The notes under the pieces are model-generated. The model was not told where the DNA came from. It did not search any database and worked only from the letters and a program-made list of their open reading frames with translations. A DNA stretch of 29,064 bases, taken from UHGV virus genome UHGV-0076264. One strand, given 5' to 3'. Source of the stretch: a virus. Position numbers and translations under genes: made by a program. Shown here piece by piece: positions 8,360-18,696 of the stretch; position 1 is the first letter of the stretch, and each line of letters opens with the position of its first letter.

Positions 8360-9240
8360 AGAATTAGGCTGTCTCCCTTAATTACGTAACCGTTGATAAA
8401 AGAGTCGGATGCAGCCCAGTTTCACCATCGCCAGATAATTTCTTGCCGTTTTGTCGTAACGTGTAGCGATGCGGCGGTATTCTTTCAGGTGACCAAAGCA
8501 CCGCTCAACGACGTTGCTATTGCGATACGCATCGCGATCAAGCCGTGCTCGTCCAACCGATGCCATTTTTTCATTTGATTTTCGGGGGATGACTGCCTTT
8601 AAGCCTTTATTTTTCAGCTCGTTGCGCAATGTGTGTCCGGAGTACGCTTTGTCGGCCAGCACAACATGACCACGGCGTTTTATGCAACCGTTCTGACGCT
8701 GAACGCCAATGCCGTCCAGAAGTCGTTGCGCAAACTGGCTTTCATGAGACTGCCCGGGGCTTAGCACGATATTTAACGGGAGGCCGCTTCCGTCTGTTGC
8801 CAGATGGATTTTGGTGCCAAAACCGCCTCGAGAGCGACCCAGCCCATTATCTTCGTCGATATCGGGATGTTTTTTGAGCTCCGGCGGCGCATTTTAGCGC
8901 CCGGATATTACTGCCATCCAGCGCTGTGGCAGACCAGTCAACAAAGCCGTTCGCATCAAGTCGTGAAAGCAATCTGTTAAAAATGATGTTAATCACGCCT
9001 GACTTTGACTACCTGTTAAAGCGGTTATTAACGGTTTTCCATGGCCCATATCGTTCGGGTAAATCGCGCCATGGTGCGCCGGAACACAACACCCAGAACA
9101 TGCCGTTGATGATTTTACAATGCTCTGCCCATGGGCGCCCGGCCTGTCGTGTGGCAGGTTCAGGGGGCAACAAGGGCTTGATGATGGCCCATGCTTCATC
9201 GGGGAGGTCGTAGCGAGTCATGGTTCAATATGTTGTAGAA
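8360..9240 (-). mobile_element. IS5-family insertion sequence (IS427/IS1031-like group), ends approximate
   Basis: Transposase in two frames: N-terminal part 9009..9221 with PWRDLPERYG motif and C-terminal DDE part 8378..8767, consistent with a frameshifted IS5-family transposase; inverted-repeat ends not resolved. Confidence 0.6.
8378..9221 (-). CDS. IS5-family DDE transposase, split over two frames (programmed frameshift or disruption)
   Basis: ORFs 9009..9221 and 8378..8767 on the same strand in different frames with about 240 nt between them. Confidence 0.55.
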
Positions 9241-9597
9241 ACAGACCGTTACTATAGCTCAAACTATTACGGGACACAGCCTAGGAGTCAATCATGCTTA
9301 AAAACGAATTATTGGATATCATTGCCAACGGGAGAGCTCTGTAGTGGAGAACACCAACGTATATTGCTTTCTACTATCGTGATTTTTTCCTAATATTCAC
9401 ATTTCGGTGGCTCTGATTTGTTATGAATTAACAACCAGTTATGTTCGCGAATCATTGATTTTCACCGGTAACACTCTTTCTGCCCGATGCTGCTTCGCAG
9501 GAAGTGCCTCACACGTCAATCAATTAGTGTGTGGCGTTATTTCAGCCCTAGTCGTATTTAAGCTACTATTACTTAAAATTACGATAGTCATGGTGTA

Positions 9598-9630
9598 TAT
9601 AAAAGGCCTTCCTATACCAGAGAAGGCCCT
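9598..9630 (-). terminator. Intrinsic terminator downstream of the YagK-family gene
   Basis: Stem GGCCTTC/GAAGGCC (9604-9610 / 9621-9627) followed on the minus strand by TTTTAT. Confidence 0.5.
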
Positions 9631-9637
9631 TGCAAAT

Positions 9638-10264
9638 TTACAGATCGATTTGGCTGCAGCCGAAGTTACGGCCTCCTTCACCAAATACTTTGCTCTCGAC
9701 TTTGGTGAGATAGTCCAGCCGGGTTAACAGCGCCTGGTAGTTTTGCTGGAAGTCAGGACTGTTGGTATCCAGTACGTACTTACAGTTTTCAGGAAAATGG
9801 ACCAGACTTGGGTGATCGTCTCTCTCCAGTCTCAGGGCGCTGTACCACGCTCCCGTAATCATCCCTCTCAGGTTATCGTGCTGATCGTAATCCCCGAGGT
9901 GGTAGTAAGCGTCTTTGTTGAACAACAGGCAAATGTGGTAGTGGCATTTACCCGACTCAGAATACTCTTTCGCCCATATAATAAATAAAGAGCAACGGTA
10001 GGTGCGTTTACCTTCACGCTCCTTACGGGTACGGTCAGCCTCCAGTTTAGCTCTGAGGGAATCACGCATCCGGGATATCTCCCCAGGTTCCAGATTAGGG
10101 AAGCAACAAATATTGTCACCGTTATCGACTATTTTAGGATAGTGGAGATCGACACGTACCGCCGTTAACCTAGGATAACGGTTAGTCAAATAACATAATA
10201 ATTTATTGATCTTGATCTGATATTCGAGGATATGTACACCATGAGTACCTTGATATGTTTTCAT
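9638..10264 (-). CDS. yagK: YagK/YfjJ-family protein (inovirus Gp2-like domain), 208 aa
   Basis: Length and motifs (YPRLTAVRVDLHYP) match my recollection of YagK/YfjJ family proteins of CP4 islands; not verified by search. Confidence 0.6.
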   Translation of the reverse strand: MKTYQGTHGVHILEYQIKINKLLCYLTNRYPRLTAVRVDLHYPKIVDNGDNICCFPNLEPGEISRMRDSLRAKLEADRTRKEREGKRTYRCSLFIIWAKEYSESGKCHYHICLLFNKDAYYHLGDYDQHDNLRGMITGAWYSALRLERDDHPSLVHFPENCKYVLDTNSPDFQQNYQALLTRLDYLTKVESKVFGEGGRNFGCSQIDL

Positions 10265-10542
10265 AATATATACCTGTATTTGGTCCTGCGGTTTATAGCA
10301 GACCGTATAGGGATGCCATACAGGCAGGGCTATTCCTAGTTACTGTTGTAGGTATATATTGGTGTCAGATCTTACTACGCACATACTGATCTGATTACTA
10401 CCCTTACTGGTTAATATAGGTAGTAAGGGGATATAACACTATTATATAATATATAATACCTATCCAACATCTAAATTTGAGACGAAGGTAGCCCCAGCCT
10501 GTGATGGCTGTTAAAAAGTTACTCTGCAATTAGCTTCTGGAA

Positions 10543-11163
10543 TTAACCGATGATTCCGTTATTCCAGTGCCGCTTCACAGTCGATAAACTGATACTCAAT
10601 TTCTTTGCGATCTCAGCCTGAGTAAATCCACCTTTCTTTAGTATTGTGATATCACGTCGGTATTTGCTTCCCTCCTTTCGTCCTAATTTTTTCTTAATAT
10701 GTCGATATCGGCTTTTAGTTGATTTAAGATTGTGAATGTCAATCGTATCCTGACGAGCAATCAAAAAAGACAAGCAACTTTCAGCAGAAGGCTCTATCCT
10801 TGAAGCTGGATGGTAGCTGTAGATAAAAATCTCTTTTTGAAGGCAAAAAAATAAAATATTCTGTAAGTCCTCCACAGTTCCGCCAAGACAGCTTAGATCT
10901 GGAATTACAAGCGTGTCCTGCCGGTTCATTTCATGATGAATCAATTGTCTGAGTAAACGTTGCTCTGAAACAACCTCTTTAATATCTATCTGCTCGATCA
11001 CAACATGTTCAGGTAGAATATTAAATTTTTGGCATATCTCAGTAAGTGAGTGATGATCTGTAATGCTTTCTTGCTGTTTGCTTCTGCATATGGTGTAAAA
11101 AAATGAACGCATTTGATGCACTCCGGTGTCATAAATTATTTTTTGATACCTGAATAATGTCAT
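10543..11163 (-). CDS. DNA-binding protein with C-terminal Hin/resolvase-type HTH, no catalytic serine motif, 206 aa
   Basis: C-terminal GGFTQAEIAKKLSISLSTVKRHW; N-terminus lacks the resolvase Ser motif; AT-rich coding sequence. Confidence 0.55.
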   Translation of the reverse strand: MTLFRYQKIIYDTGVHQMRSFFYTICRSKQQESITDHHSLTEICQKFNILPEHVVIEQIDIKEVVSEQRLLRQLIHHEMNRQDTLVIPDLSCLGGTVEDLQNILFFCLQKEIFIYSYHPASRIEPSAESCLSFLIARQDTIDIHNLKSTKSRYRHIKKKLGRKEGSKYRRDITILKKGGFTQAEIAKKLSISLSTVKRHWNNGIIG

Positions 11164-11268
11164 TTTGTATAAAAAACAATCAAAAATGGAGAGGTGATTG
11201 CCAGTGATACTTTGACTGGTAAAGTATTATTTTACCTCTCATAATTGTTTGTCCTTCTTTGTTACCTC

Positions 11269-12123
11269 TTAGGTTCTGCTCTCCTGCGAGTATGGGTTTA
11301 TGATGATGTCATCCGGTGCATTAACACGGTAGGAAGCATCTGTTTTGCGGAGCACTGGCAGCATAACTGTCATATCATTGACATGGTAAATATCAATCCA
11401 ACAAACAACCGGATAAGGCATAACAATCCTCTTTCTTCTAAGAACTTCATTTATCCCGAATATAATTAATTGGGATGTTGGCAAGAGTAGAGCCTGCCCG
11501 ACATCAAAGTAATAATCCTCAAAGGTTGTTCTATGAATAAGAATAATATTTGAATATCCTGAGACACTTTGATTCTTTACATTAAAATGTCGTTGATTGT
11601 AAATGTAAATGGCTTTTTCCATATCGTAATTTTCCCTCAGCGAGGATAGTCTTTCACGTATAACCGTTTTTTCATCTTTTCCCATGAATTTATCATTAGC
11701 GTTCAGTTGAAAGTAATCTGCAATGGGGATTTTTAACGGACTAATGATGTTCGTTTTCCAGATTAACGAGCAGTACTCTTCCAGAGTTACTTCTGTTTTA
11801 CCTCGACTTAGATTAATGCTTTCTCTTATAGAGAACTTTAACAGGTCATTTTTTATTTCATTTATTGACCAGTTATGACGATTGCATTTTTCTAATATAG
11901 GGGTAACAAAATCCATAACTTCCGCTATTGCGGAAGATTTAGATTGTTGTGTTAGTTCGGCATAAAGATCAATTGCTTCTAATGACGATTGATTTTTGTA
12001 CGTGAATGAGCTTTTTTTTATGGGAGTAGTCTGTACTACCTGTGACTCATTGTTTTTGTCTTGACAAGATTTCTTTCCAGGTAGAATGTTGCTCATCTCA
12101 AAATTAGTAACACAATTAGACAT
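11269..12123 (-). CDS. Hypothetical protein, 284 aa, AT-rich
   Basis: Long ORF with strongly AT-biased composition; position and length resemble yagM of CP4-6 (recalled). Confidence 0.5.
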   Translation of the reverse strand: MSNCVTNFEMSNILPGKKSCQDKNNESQVVQTTPIKKSSFTYKNQSSLEAIDLYAELTQQSKSSAIAEVMDFVTPILEKCNRHNWSINEIKNDLLKFSIRESINLSRGKTEVTLEEYCSLIWKTNIISPLKIPIADYFQLNANDKFMGKDEKTVIRERLSSLRENYDMEKAIYIYNQRHFNVKNQSVSGYSNIILIHRTTFEDYYFDVGQALLLPTSQLIIFGINEVLRRKRIVMPYPVVCWIDIYHVNDMTVMLPVLRKTDASYRVNAPDDIIINPYSQESRT

Positions 12124-12239
12124 TTTTAAGGAAACCTCTCTTATCTCAATATAAAACTATTATCTTAAATTTCTCAGTGTTGCCCCATTTTTCTCGGGGC
12201 AACATCGCTATAAATCAATAAAATTAAATCTGTAATTTA

Positions 12240-12464
12240 TTACAGACTTTCTCGTACAGAAAATGTATCTATAAAATCGAGGACCTCTTTACGTAACCAG
12301 TAATGGCGGCCATTGATTTGTTTTGGGCGAGGTAGCCCCTCAGGCAATTTGTCCTGACAAAGCCATTTACGAATAGTTTGAGATTTGTAGCTAAGGATTT
12401 TAGCTAACTCAGCTGTTGAAACGAGCTGTGATTGAGATGTATCCGGGAGTTTGAATGCGCTCAT
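12240..12464 (-). CDS. AlpA/Xis-family small DNA-binding protein, 74 aa
   Basis: HTH-like segment STAELAKILSYKSQTIRKW and conserved GRHYW motif typical of AlpA-like excisionase/regulator proteins. Confidence 0.6.
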   Translation of the reverse strand: MSAFKLPDTSQSQLVSTAELAKILSYKSQTIRKWLCQDKLPEGLPRPKQINGRHYWLRKEVLDFIDTFSVRESL

Positions 12465-12901
12465 TTTGCCACCTCAGTGATTGAGATATTGGCAAAGAAA
12501 GCTTTAAGCATTATTGAATTAGTCGGGGGAGTAATAAAGGTAGAGGGAAATGTTTCGGGCTCGGGGTCAGGGTCATTACCATCACCTGAATCTGATGATA
12601 AGGCACTTTTAGCTGATTTAGCCGTACTGTGATGCGATCTGGATGCCTGATTTTTACATGACATCAGACGCGCGAGAAAGTTAGTAGCATTTTGCATTGT
12701 TTGTTTAAAATGTAAAATTTTCAGTTTGGCGCACGCGACAGACTTGCGAAGAGCTGAATATGTTCCTTTGAGATACTCGACAACCTCTTCCATGGACGCA
12801 GAATCGTTAAAGGATTGAGTTGTTTTACTTGAATTAAAACACCAGCGAGCTCTGATAGTTGCCAGAGTGGGTTCTATGGATACAGTTGCTGGGGTTGCCA
12901 T
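12461..12901 (-). CDS. Hypothetical protein, 146 aa
   Basis: ORF whose stop overlaps the start of the AlpA-like gene by 4 nt; no recognisable motif. Confidence 0.45.
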   Translation of the reverse strand: MATPATVSIEPTLATIRARWCFNSSKTTQSFNDSASMEEVVEYLKGTYSALRKSVACAKLKILHFKQTMQNATNFLARLMSCKNQASRSHHSTAKSAKSALSSDSGDGNDPDPEPETFPSTFITPPTNSIMLKAFFANISITEVAK

Positions 12902-13017
12902 TGGCTTATCTCCTGTGTAGTTGTTGTATCATTGACTAAACTGTGTATTACGATACATGAAAATCTATCTTGATCAATAGTTGATGATTTTTTGTAATAT
13001 ATTGATTTTTAATGGAA

Positions 13018-14421
13018 TCAATGCATATCAACGTTGTTTTTTATGGTAATACCTGCTTCATTTAAGATCCATGTCTCAATTTTCTCGTGCCATTTTCGTA
13101 AAAGATCTAACGGACGACGGCGATAGTGTTTTTCGGCAAGAGCGCTGGGTTTGTGTCCCATAATTTGAGCAACAATACCTGTGGGAACTTCAACCCACTC
13201 GGCCAAAGTACCAAAACTACGACGCAAACCGTGAAGGCTGATATGTGGTAACTCAGCTCGCACTAACGCTCTGTTGTGCGCTGAACGCGGTTCAATAATT
13301 TTGCCACTTTTACTGTTACTTTTGAAAACCCACCCCTCCTTATTTACGTCAGAATTTGGGAATTGCGCTAGCGCATTTAACAGCTCAGAAACATAAGGAG
13401 TGAGAGGGATGGTACGTTCGCCTTCGATCTTGTCTTTAATTCTCATACTTGACCATTTGAAATCTACGTCAGACCACCGAAGTGACGCAATTTCTTCACG
13501 CCGTGCACCGGTGAGCAAAAGTACCTGGAGATAGGCCGATGCAATGGGATTATTGAGGCTACGCACAGCACTGAACCAACTTTTTAACTGTTCTTTTTGT
13601 AAGCAATCTCCCGCTTTACTTGCTGATACTGGAACCATTTTTCTCACGTTATGATCTTGTGCAAGGTCGCCATGGATTATTCCCTGATATTTTTTCTGGT
13701 AATTAGCCCATTTGATAAATGCACGCAACAGACGGTAGGCATGAGCAGTGACGGTAGGCCTATTTTGTCTCTCTTTACTTAGCCATGCGGTAATGTTCTC
13801 TGGTGTTAGTTCCGATAAGGGGAGGTCGAGTAAGCTAGCCAATGGTCCAGCTGAGGTTGGGCCCCGGCCTCTTTTTTTACTTTCCCCCCCACGGCTGGAC
13901 AAGTTAATGTGGTCGGCAATGTAGCGTGCAGAGTAAGGCCGTTTAGTTTTTGCGCTGATTCCGGTTCTCAATTCTTCAAGGTAATCTTCCCAAGCGCTTG
14001 TGAAGGTTATCTTTGTTTTACGAGATTCAGCCTGCTGTGATTCCGCTTCAGCAATTTTTTCTGCCTTAGCTATACGCGGATCTATCCCAGTATCGATTAA
14101 TGTTTGCAGCCGCCTAGCTTCGGCCCTGGCATCATCAATCCTCCAATCGTTAATGTTGCCAATGGTCATGCGAAGGGTTTTTCCCGCATATACGCTTTGG
14201 AACACAAAAGCTTTTGTTCCGCGAGTTGCCCGGCATGCCAGAGTTGTTACATCCGCATCCCAAAGAAATGCTTGGTTCTTCCCTTCGGTTAAAGCAAATT
14301 TTCGAATGCGCTCGAAGGTGAGTTTTTGTCTTGGAAGTGCCATTTTAGGGCTCCAGAAGAGAAATGTTACATCACCATAATGTAACGGCTGGTGTAAGTA
14401 AAATGGGGGAATAAACATCAA
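13018..14421 (-). CDS. intF: P4-type tyrosine integrase (IntF-like), 467 aa
   Basis: C-terminal catalytic region with HGLRRSF and HKPSALAEKHYRR (R..H..R..Y tyrosine recombinase signature); 5-prime end about 100 nt from the att copy. Confidence 0.8.
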   Translation of the reverse strand: MMFIPPFYLHQPLHYGDVTFLFWSPKMALPRQKLTFERIRKFALTEGKNQAFLWDADVTTLACRATRGTKAFVFQSVYAGKTLRMTIGNINDWRIDDARAEARRLQTLIDTGIDPRIAKAEKIAEAESQQAESRKTKITFTSAWEDYLEELRTGISAKTKRPYSARYIADHINLSSRGGESKKRGRGPTSAGPLASLLDLPLSELTPENITAWLSKERQNRPTVTAHAYRLLRAFIKWANYQKKYQGIIHGDLAQDHNVRKMVPVSASKAGDCLQKEQLKSWFSAVRSLNNPIASAYLQVLLLTGARREEIASLRWSDVDFKWSSMRIKDKIEGERTIPLTPYVSELLNALAQFPNSDVNKEGWVFKSNSKSGKIIEPRSAHNRALVRAELPHISLHGLRRSFGTLAEWVEVPTGIVAQIMGHKPSALAEKHYRRRPLDLLRKWHEKIETWILNEAGITIKNNVDMH

Positions 14422-14525
14422 TGCCTGTCAATTTTTATCAACAGGTGTTTTTCATAACGCAATGTTTTATAATGAATTACTTGTTTTAAGAGTAGATTTT
14501 TAAAGGGGTAAAAATATAATAACGT

Positions 14526-14574
14526 CGCATTCGTAATGCGAAGGTCGTAGGTTCGACTCCTATTATCGGCACCA
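14526..14574 (+). repeat. Attachment-site copy: 3-prime 49 nt of tRNA-Thr(CGU) (thrW), not a complete tRNA gene
   Basis: Anticodon stem-loop CGCATTCGTAATGCG (anticodon CGT), T-arm GGTTCGACTCC and acceptor 3-prime strand TATTATCGGCACCA are present; the D-arm and 5-prime acceptor strand GCCGATA are absent upstream. Confidence 0.8.
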
Positions 14575-14588
14575 TTTAAATCAATAAG

Positions 14589-15752
14589 TTACACATCATT
14601 AGTACCTTTCTTATTTTTTGACTGGGACAAATTTGGGACCGATGGGTTCAGGATCGAGTCTATTTGCCGTGCGTGTTCGGTAAGGTGATTAGGTGCAAGG
14701 TGAGCATATCGACGAACCATTTCGATAGACTCCCAGCCTCCCATTTCCTGTAACACTGACAACGGGACTCCGGCTTGAACCAGCCAACTTGCCCAGGTGT
14801 GTCTCAAGTCGTGAAATCTGAAATCATCAATACCAGCCCGTCTCAGAGCCGCTTTCCAGGCTGTGTTTGCGTCATACCGCATCTTCCTTACTGTTGGCGC
14901 TTTCGTTCCGTCTGGTTTGGTACAGCTTTCCTTGTACACAAATACCCAACGGTGATGATTACCGATTTGTTTTTTCAATACGCGACATGCAGTATCATTC
15001 AGCGCAACGCCAATTGCGCGGTTTGATTTACTCTCTTCCGGGTTTATCCATGCCACCCGGCGCTGCATATCTATTTGTTGCCATTCAAGGTTGATGATGT
15101 TCGAGCGTCTTAAGCCTGTTGCCAGTGCAAATTCAACAACAGACTTTAATGGCTCCGGACATTCATCAATCAGCCTTTGTGCTTCATGGGGCTCCAGCCA
15201 GCGGATCCGTTTATTCTTTGGTTGAGGCACTTTAATAATTGGTGCCTTATCCAGCATTTTCCATTCACGCTCTGCGGCTCTTAGCAGGGCCTTTATAAAT
15301 GAAAGATGCGTAGCCTTCGTTGCAACGGACGCTGGTTTTGGCGTGTATTCTGGAACAGGTTTCCCTTTTTTTCTGCATGCTTCTGCCCTGAGTTTCCAGT
15401 TTTCCTCATGACGCCGGTTCGTCATTTTCTGCATTGCTGAATAAATTTTTGATTCAGTAATGTCTCTTAGTTGCATTCCTGCGAAATGTTGAAGCCAGAA
15501 TCCGATCCGGCTTTTGTCATCGTCCAGTGATTTTTTATGTGCTTTCTCTTCAAGCCACCTGACACACGCTTCCTCGAACGTTATATCAGGTATTTCACCA
15601 AGTTTGCTGACCCGCCATGCTTCAGCCTTTAGCTTGTCATGGAGTTCTGTCGCCTGCCTTTTGTCCTTTGTTCCAAGAGACTGTTTAAATCTTTTACCGT
15701 TCGGCAATGTGAAACTGGCGTACCATATTTCACCTCTGCGGAAGAGTGACAT
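14589..15752 (-). CDS. int: Phage P22-type tyrosine integrase, 387 aa
   Basis: Near-identical over its length to my recollection of P22 Int ([52 protein letters not shown]...); P22 integrates at thrW, matching the adjacent att. Confidence 0.9.
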   Translation of the reverse strand: MSLFRRGEIWYASFTLPNGKRFKQSLGTKDKRQATELHDKLKAEAWRVSKLGEIPDITFEEACVRWLEEKAHKKSLDDDKSRIGFWLQHFAGMQLRDITESKIYSAMQKMTNRRHEENWKLRAEACRKKGKPVPEYTPKPASVATKATHLSFIKALLRAAEREWKMLDKAPIIKVPQPKNKRIRWLEPHEAQRLIDECPEPLKSVVEFALATGLRRSNIINLEWQQIDMQRRVAWINPEESKSNRAIGVALNDTACRVLKKQIGNHHRWVFVYKESCTKPDGTKAPTVRKMRYDANTAWKAALRRAGIDDFRFHDLRHTWASWLVQAGVPLSVLQEMGGWESIEMVRRYAHLAPNHLTEHARQIDSILNPSVPNLSQSKNKKGTNDV

Positions 15753-15979
15753 TTTCTTTCCTCTGTTATGCCATCACCCGCGCTCACCTTGATAGTATGC
15801 AGCGGAGACTGAAGCGCCGCAATGCAGGCTTGTCGCGTTGTGAGGTAAGGAGATTTTGGCTTGGTTGGATCTTTACGTGTTGCCTGTAGGCGGCCTGTTC
15901 GTATCCAGTTGGTAGCGGTAGGTCTGGATATCTTGAGAAACTGACAGGCCTCATCGAGTGTGAGGCTGTATGATTCCAT
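15629..15979 (-). CDS. xis: Excisionase Xis (P22-type), about 116 aa
   Basis: ORF 15629..16009 trimmed to [33 protein letters not shown] (HTH); 3-prime end overlaps the int start. Confidence 0.8.
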   Translation of the reverse strand: MESYSLTLDEACQFLKISRPTATNWIRTGRLQATRKDPTKPKSPYLTTRQACIAALQSPLHTIKVSAGDGITEERKCHSSAEVKYGTPVSHCRTVKDLNSLLEQRTKGRRQNSMTS

Positions 15980-16229
15980 GGTTACCTCTGCTTTTTGAAC
16001 GCATGTCACGTAACTTCTTAATGTGTTCTGCCGTTTCGATCTCTTCTGCTATCCGATCTGCATCAGCTTTATTCACAGGTTCAAAGTCATGATTAAAGCG
16101 GAACATGCTGGCGATACATGTTCTGCCTTTTCGGATGTAGTGAACTTTGTTGTGGGTAGAACGCAGGATTTTGCAGGGAGTGCCGTGGTGGTCGACGTAC
16201 CAGGTGTTAGGAAAAATGATTCTGAACAT
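15951..16229 (-). CDS. Hypothetical early-left protein, 92 aa
   Basis: ORF only; no recognisable motif; start uncertain. Confidence 0.3.
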   Translation of the reverse strand: MFRIIFPNTWYVDHHGTPCKILRSTHNKVHYIRKGRTCIASMFRFNHDFEPVNKADADRIAEEIETAEHIKKLRDMRSKSRGNHGIIQPHTR

Positions 16230-16276
16230 TTTTACACCTCAGTTGGACGATGTTGAAATTTGCTGCTTTGAGGCCA

Positions 16277-16495
16277 TCACAATCCCCATTGTTTGTTCTT
16301 AAGTTCGATCTCCTCCTGGCAACTTGCACAAGTCCGACAACCCTGAACGGCCAGACGTCTTAGTTCATCTATCGGATCGCCACACTCACAACAATGAGTG
16401 GCAGATATAGCCTGGTGGTTCAGACGACGCATTTTTATTGCTGTATTGCGCTGTAATTCTTCGATTTCTGATGCTGAATCAATGATGTCTGCCAT
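16277..16495 (-). CDS. TraR/DksA-family C4 zinc-finger protein, 72 aa
   Basis: CCECGDPIDELRRLAVQGCRTCASC four-Cys motif typical of phage TraR/DksA-like proteins. Confidence 0.7.
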   Translation of the reverse strand: MADIIDSASEIEELQRNTAIKMRRLNHQAISATHCCECGDPIDELRRLAVQGCRTCASCQEEIELKNKQWGL

Positions 16496-16593
16496 CTTTC
16501 ATTAATCCCTGAATTGTTGGTTAATACGCTTGAGGGTAAATGCGAATAATAAAAAAGGAGCCTGTAGCTCCCTGATGATTTTGCTTTTCATGT

Positions 16594-16875
16594 TCACCGT
16601 TCCTTAAAGACGCCGTTCAACATGCCGATCGCCAGGCTTAAATGAGTCGGTGTGAATCCCATCAGCGTTACCGTTTCGCGGTGCTTCTTTAGTACGCTAC
16701 GGCAAATGTCATCGACGTTTTTATCCGGAAAATGCTGTCTGGCTTTTTTGATTTCAGAATTAGCCTGACGGGCAATGCTGCGAAGGGCGTTTTCGTGCTG
16801 AGGTGTCATTGAACAAGTCCCATGTCGGCAAGCATAAGCACACAGAATATGAAGCCCGCTGCCAGAAAAATGCAT
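16594..16875 (-). CDS. Hypothetical protein (start uncertain, possibly at 16809)
   Basis: ORF only; alternative ATG at 16809 would give 71 aa. Confidence 0.3.
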   Translation of the reverse strand: MHFSGSGLHILCAYACRHGTCSMTPQHENALRSIARQANSEIKKARQHFPDKNVDDICRSVLKKHRETVTLMGFTPTHLSLAIGMLNGVFKER

Positions 16876-16885
16876 TCAGTGGTTG

Positions 16886-17077
16886 TCATACCTGGTCTCT
16901 CTCATCTGCTTCTGCTTTCGCCACCATCATTTCCAGCTTTTGTGAAAGGGATGCGGCTAACGTGTGAAATTCTTCGTCTGTTTCTACTGGTATTGGCACA
17001 AACCTGACTCCAATTTGAGCGAGGCTATGTGCCATCTCGATACTCGTTCTTAACTCAACGGGAGATGCTTTGTGCAT
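16886..17077 (-). CDS. Hypothetical small phage protein, 63 aa
   Basis: ORF with GAGG 8 nt upstream of the ATG. Confidence 0.4.
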   Translation of the reverse strand: MHKASPVELRTSIEMAHSLAQIGVRFVPIPVETDEEFHTLAASLSQKLEMMVAKAEADERDQV

Positions 17078-17228
17078 ACAGCCCCTCGTTTATTATTTAT
17101 CTCCTCAGCCAGCCGCTGGGCTTTCAGTGGATTTTGGATAACAGAAAGGCTGGGAAATACCCAGCCTCGCTTTGTAACGGAGTAGACGAAAGTGATCGCG
17201 CCTACCCGGATATTATCGTGAGGATGCG

Positions 17229-17909
17229 TCATCGCCATTGCTCCCCAAATACAAAACCAATTTCAGCCAGTGCCTCGTCCATTTTTTCGATGAACTCCGG
17301 CACCATCTCGTCAAAACTCGCCATGTACTTTTCATTCCGCTCAATCACGACATAATGCAGGCCTTCACGCTTCATGCGCGGGTCATAGTTGGCAAAGTAC
17401 CAGGCATCTTTTCGCGTCACCCACATGCTGTACTGCACCTGGGCCATGTAAGCCGATTTTATTGCCTCGAAACCACCGAGCCGGAATTTCATGAAATCCC
17501 GGGAGGTAAACGGGCATTTCAGTTCAAGGCCGTTGCCGTCACTGCATAAACCATCGGGAGAGCAGGCGGTGCGCATATTTTCGTCGCGATAGATGATCGG
17601 GGATTCAGTAATATTCACGCCGGAAGTGAATTCAAACAGGGTTCTGGCGTCGTTCTCGTACTGTTTTCCCCAGGCCAGCGCCTTAGCATTAACTTCCGGA
17701 GCCACACCGGTGCAAACCTCAGCCAGCAGGGTGTGGAAGTAGGACATTTTCATGTCAGGCCACTTCTTTCCTGAGCGGGGCTTTGCTATCACGTTGTGAA
17801 CTTCTGAAGCGGTGATGACGCCGAGCCGTAATTTGTGCCATGCATCATCCCCCTGTTCGACAGCTCTCACGTCGATCCCGGTACGCTGCAGGATAATGTC
17901 CGGTGTCAT
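17229..17909 (-). CDS. exo: Lambda exonuclease (Red alpha), 226 aa
   Basis: Near-identical to lambda Exo as recalled ([54 protein letters not shown]...). Confidence 0.95.
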   Translation of the reverse strand: MTPDIILQRTGIDVRAVEQGDDAWHKLRLGVITASEVHNVIAKPRSGKKWPDMKMSYFHTLLAEVCTGVAPEVNAKALAWGKQYENDARTLFEFTSGVNITESPIIYRDENMRTACSPDGLCSDGNGLELKCPFTSRDFMKFRLGGFEAIKSAYMAQVQYSMWVTRKDAWYFANYDPRMKREGLHYVVIERNEKYMASFDEMVPEFIEKMDEALAEIGFVFGEQWR

Positions 17910-18691
17910 GCTGCCACCTTCTGCTCAGTGGCTTTCTGTTTCAGGAATCCAAGAGCTTTCACTGCTTCGGCCTGTGTCAGTTCTGACGATGCGCGAATGT
18001 CGCGGCGAAATATCTGGGAACAGAGCGGCAATAAGTCGTCATCCCATGTTTTATCCAGGGCGATCAGCAGAGTGTTAATCTCCTGCATGGTTTCATCGTT
18101 AACCGGAGTGATGTCGCGTTCCGGCTGACGTTCTGCAGTGTATGCGGTATTTTCGACAATGCGCTCGGCTTCATCCTTGTCATAGATACCAGCAAATCCG
18201 AAGGCGAGACGGGCACACTGAATCATGGCTTTATGCCGTAACATCCGTTTGGGATGCGACTGCCACGGCCCCGTGATTTCTCTGCCTTCGCGGGTTTTGA
18301 ATGGTTCGCGGCGGCATTCATCCATCCACTCGGTAACGCAGATCGGATGATTACGGTCCTTGCGGTAAATCCGGCATGTACATGATTCATTGTCCTGCTC
18401 AAAGTCCATGCCATCAAACTGCTGGTTTTCATTGATGATACGGGACCAGCCATCAACGCCCACCACCGGAACGATGCCGTTCTGCTTGTCAGGGAAGGCG
18501 TAAATTTCTTTCGTCCACGGATTAAGGCCGTACTGGTTGGCGACGATCAACAATGCGATGAACTGCGCATCGCTGGCATCACCTTTAAATGCCGTCTGGC
18601 GAAGAGTGGTGATCAGTTCCTGTGGGTCGACAGAATCCATGCCGACACGTTCAGCCAGCTTCCCAGCCAGCGTTGCGAGTGCTGTACTCAT
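17906..18691 (-). CDS. bet: Lambda Bet (Red beta) single-strand annealing protein, 261 aa
   Basis: Near-identical to lambda Bet as recalled; start overlaps the exo stop in the usual ATGA arrangement. Confidence 0.95.
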   Translation of the reverse strand: MSTALATLAGKLAERVGMDSVDPQELITTLRQTAFKGDASDAQFIALLIVANQYGLNPWTKEIYAFPDKQNGIVPVVGVDGWSRIINENQQFDGMDFEQDNESCTCRIYRKDRNHPICVTEWMDECRREPFKTREGREITGPWQSHPKRMLRHKAMIQCARLAFGFAGIYDKDEAERIVENTAYTAERQPERDITPVNDETMQEINTLLIALDKTWDDDLLPLCSQIFRRDIRASSELTQAEAVKALGFLKQKATEQKVAA

Positions 18692-18696
18692 CCGTT

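Larger units (their letters stand above)
1..14574. mobile_element. Integrative genomic island of CP4-6/CP4-57 type (right-hand portion; left boundary outside window)
   Basis: Minus-strand gene train (DUF932, secreted proteins, WYL regulator, GTPase, YagK-family, AlpA-like) ending in a P4-type tyrosine integrase whose 5-prime end lies about 100 nt from a 49-nt tRNA-Thr 3-prime copy at 14526-14574. Confidence 0.6.

Noticed and set aside
9407-9727. 106-aa plus-strand ORF between the IS and the YagK-family gene
   Set aside because: No RBS, overlaps the yagK terminator and the 3-prime end of the YagK-family gene in antisense; likely noncoding
14000-14380. Plus-strand ORFs of 62-126 aa
   Set aside because: Antisense to the P4-type integrase gene
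14526-14574. Complete tRNA-Thr gene
   Set aside because: Only the anticodon arm, T-arm and 3-prime acceptor strand are present; the D-arm and 5-prime acceptor strand are replaced by unrelated AT-rich sequence, so this is an att copy and not a functional tRNA
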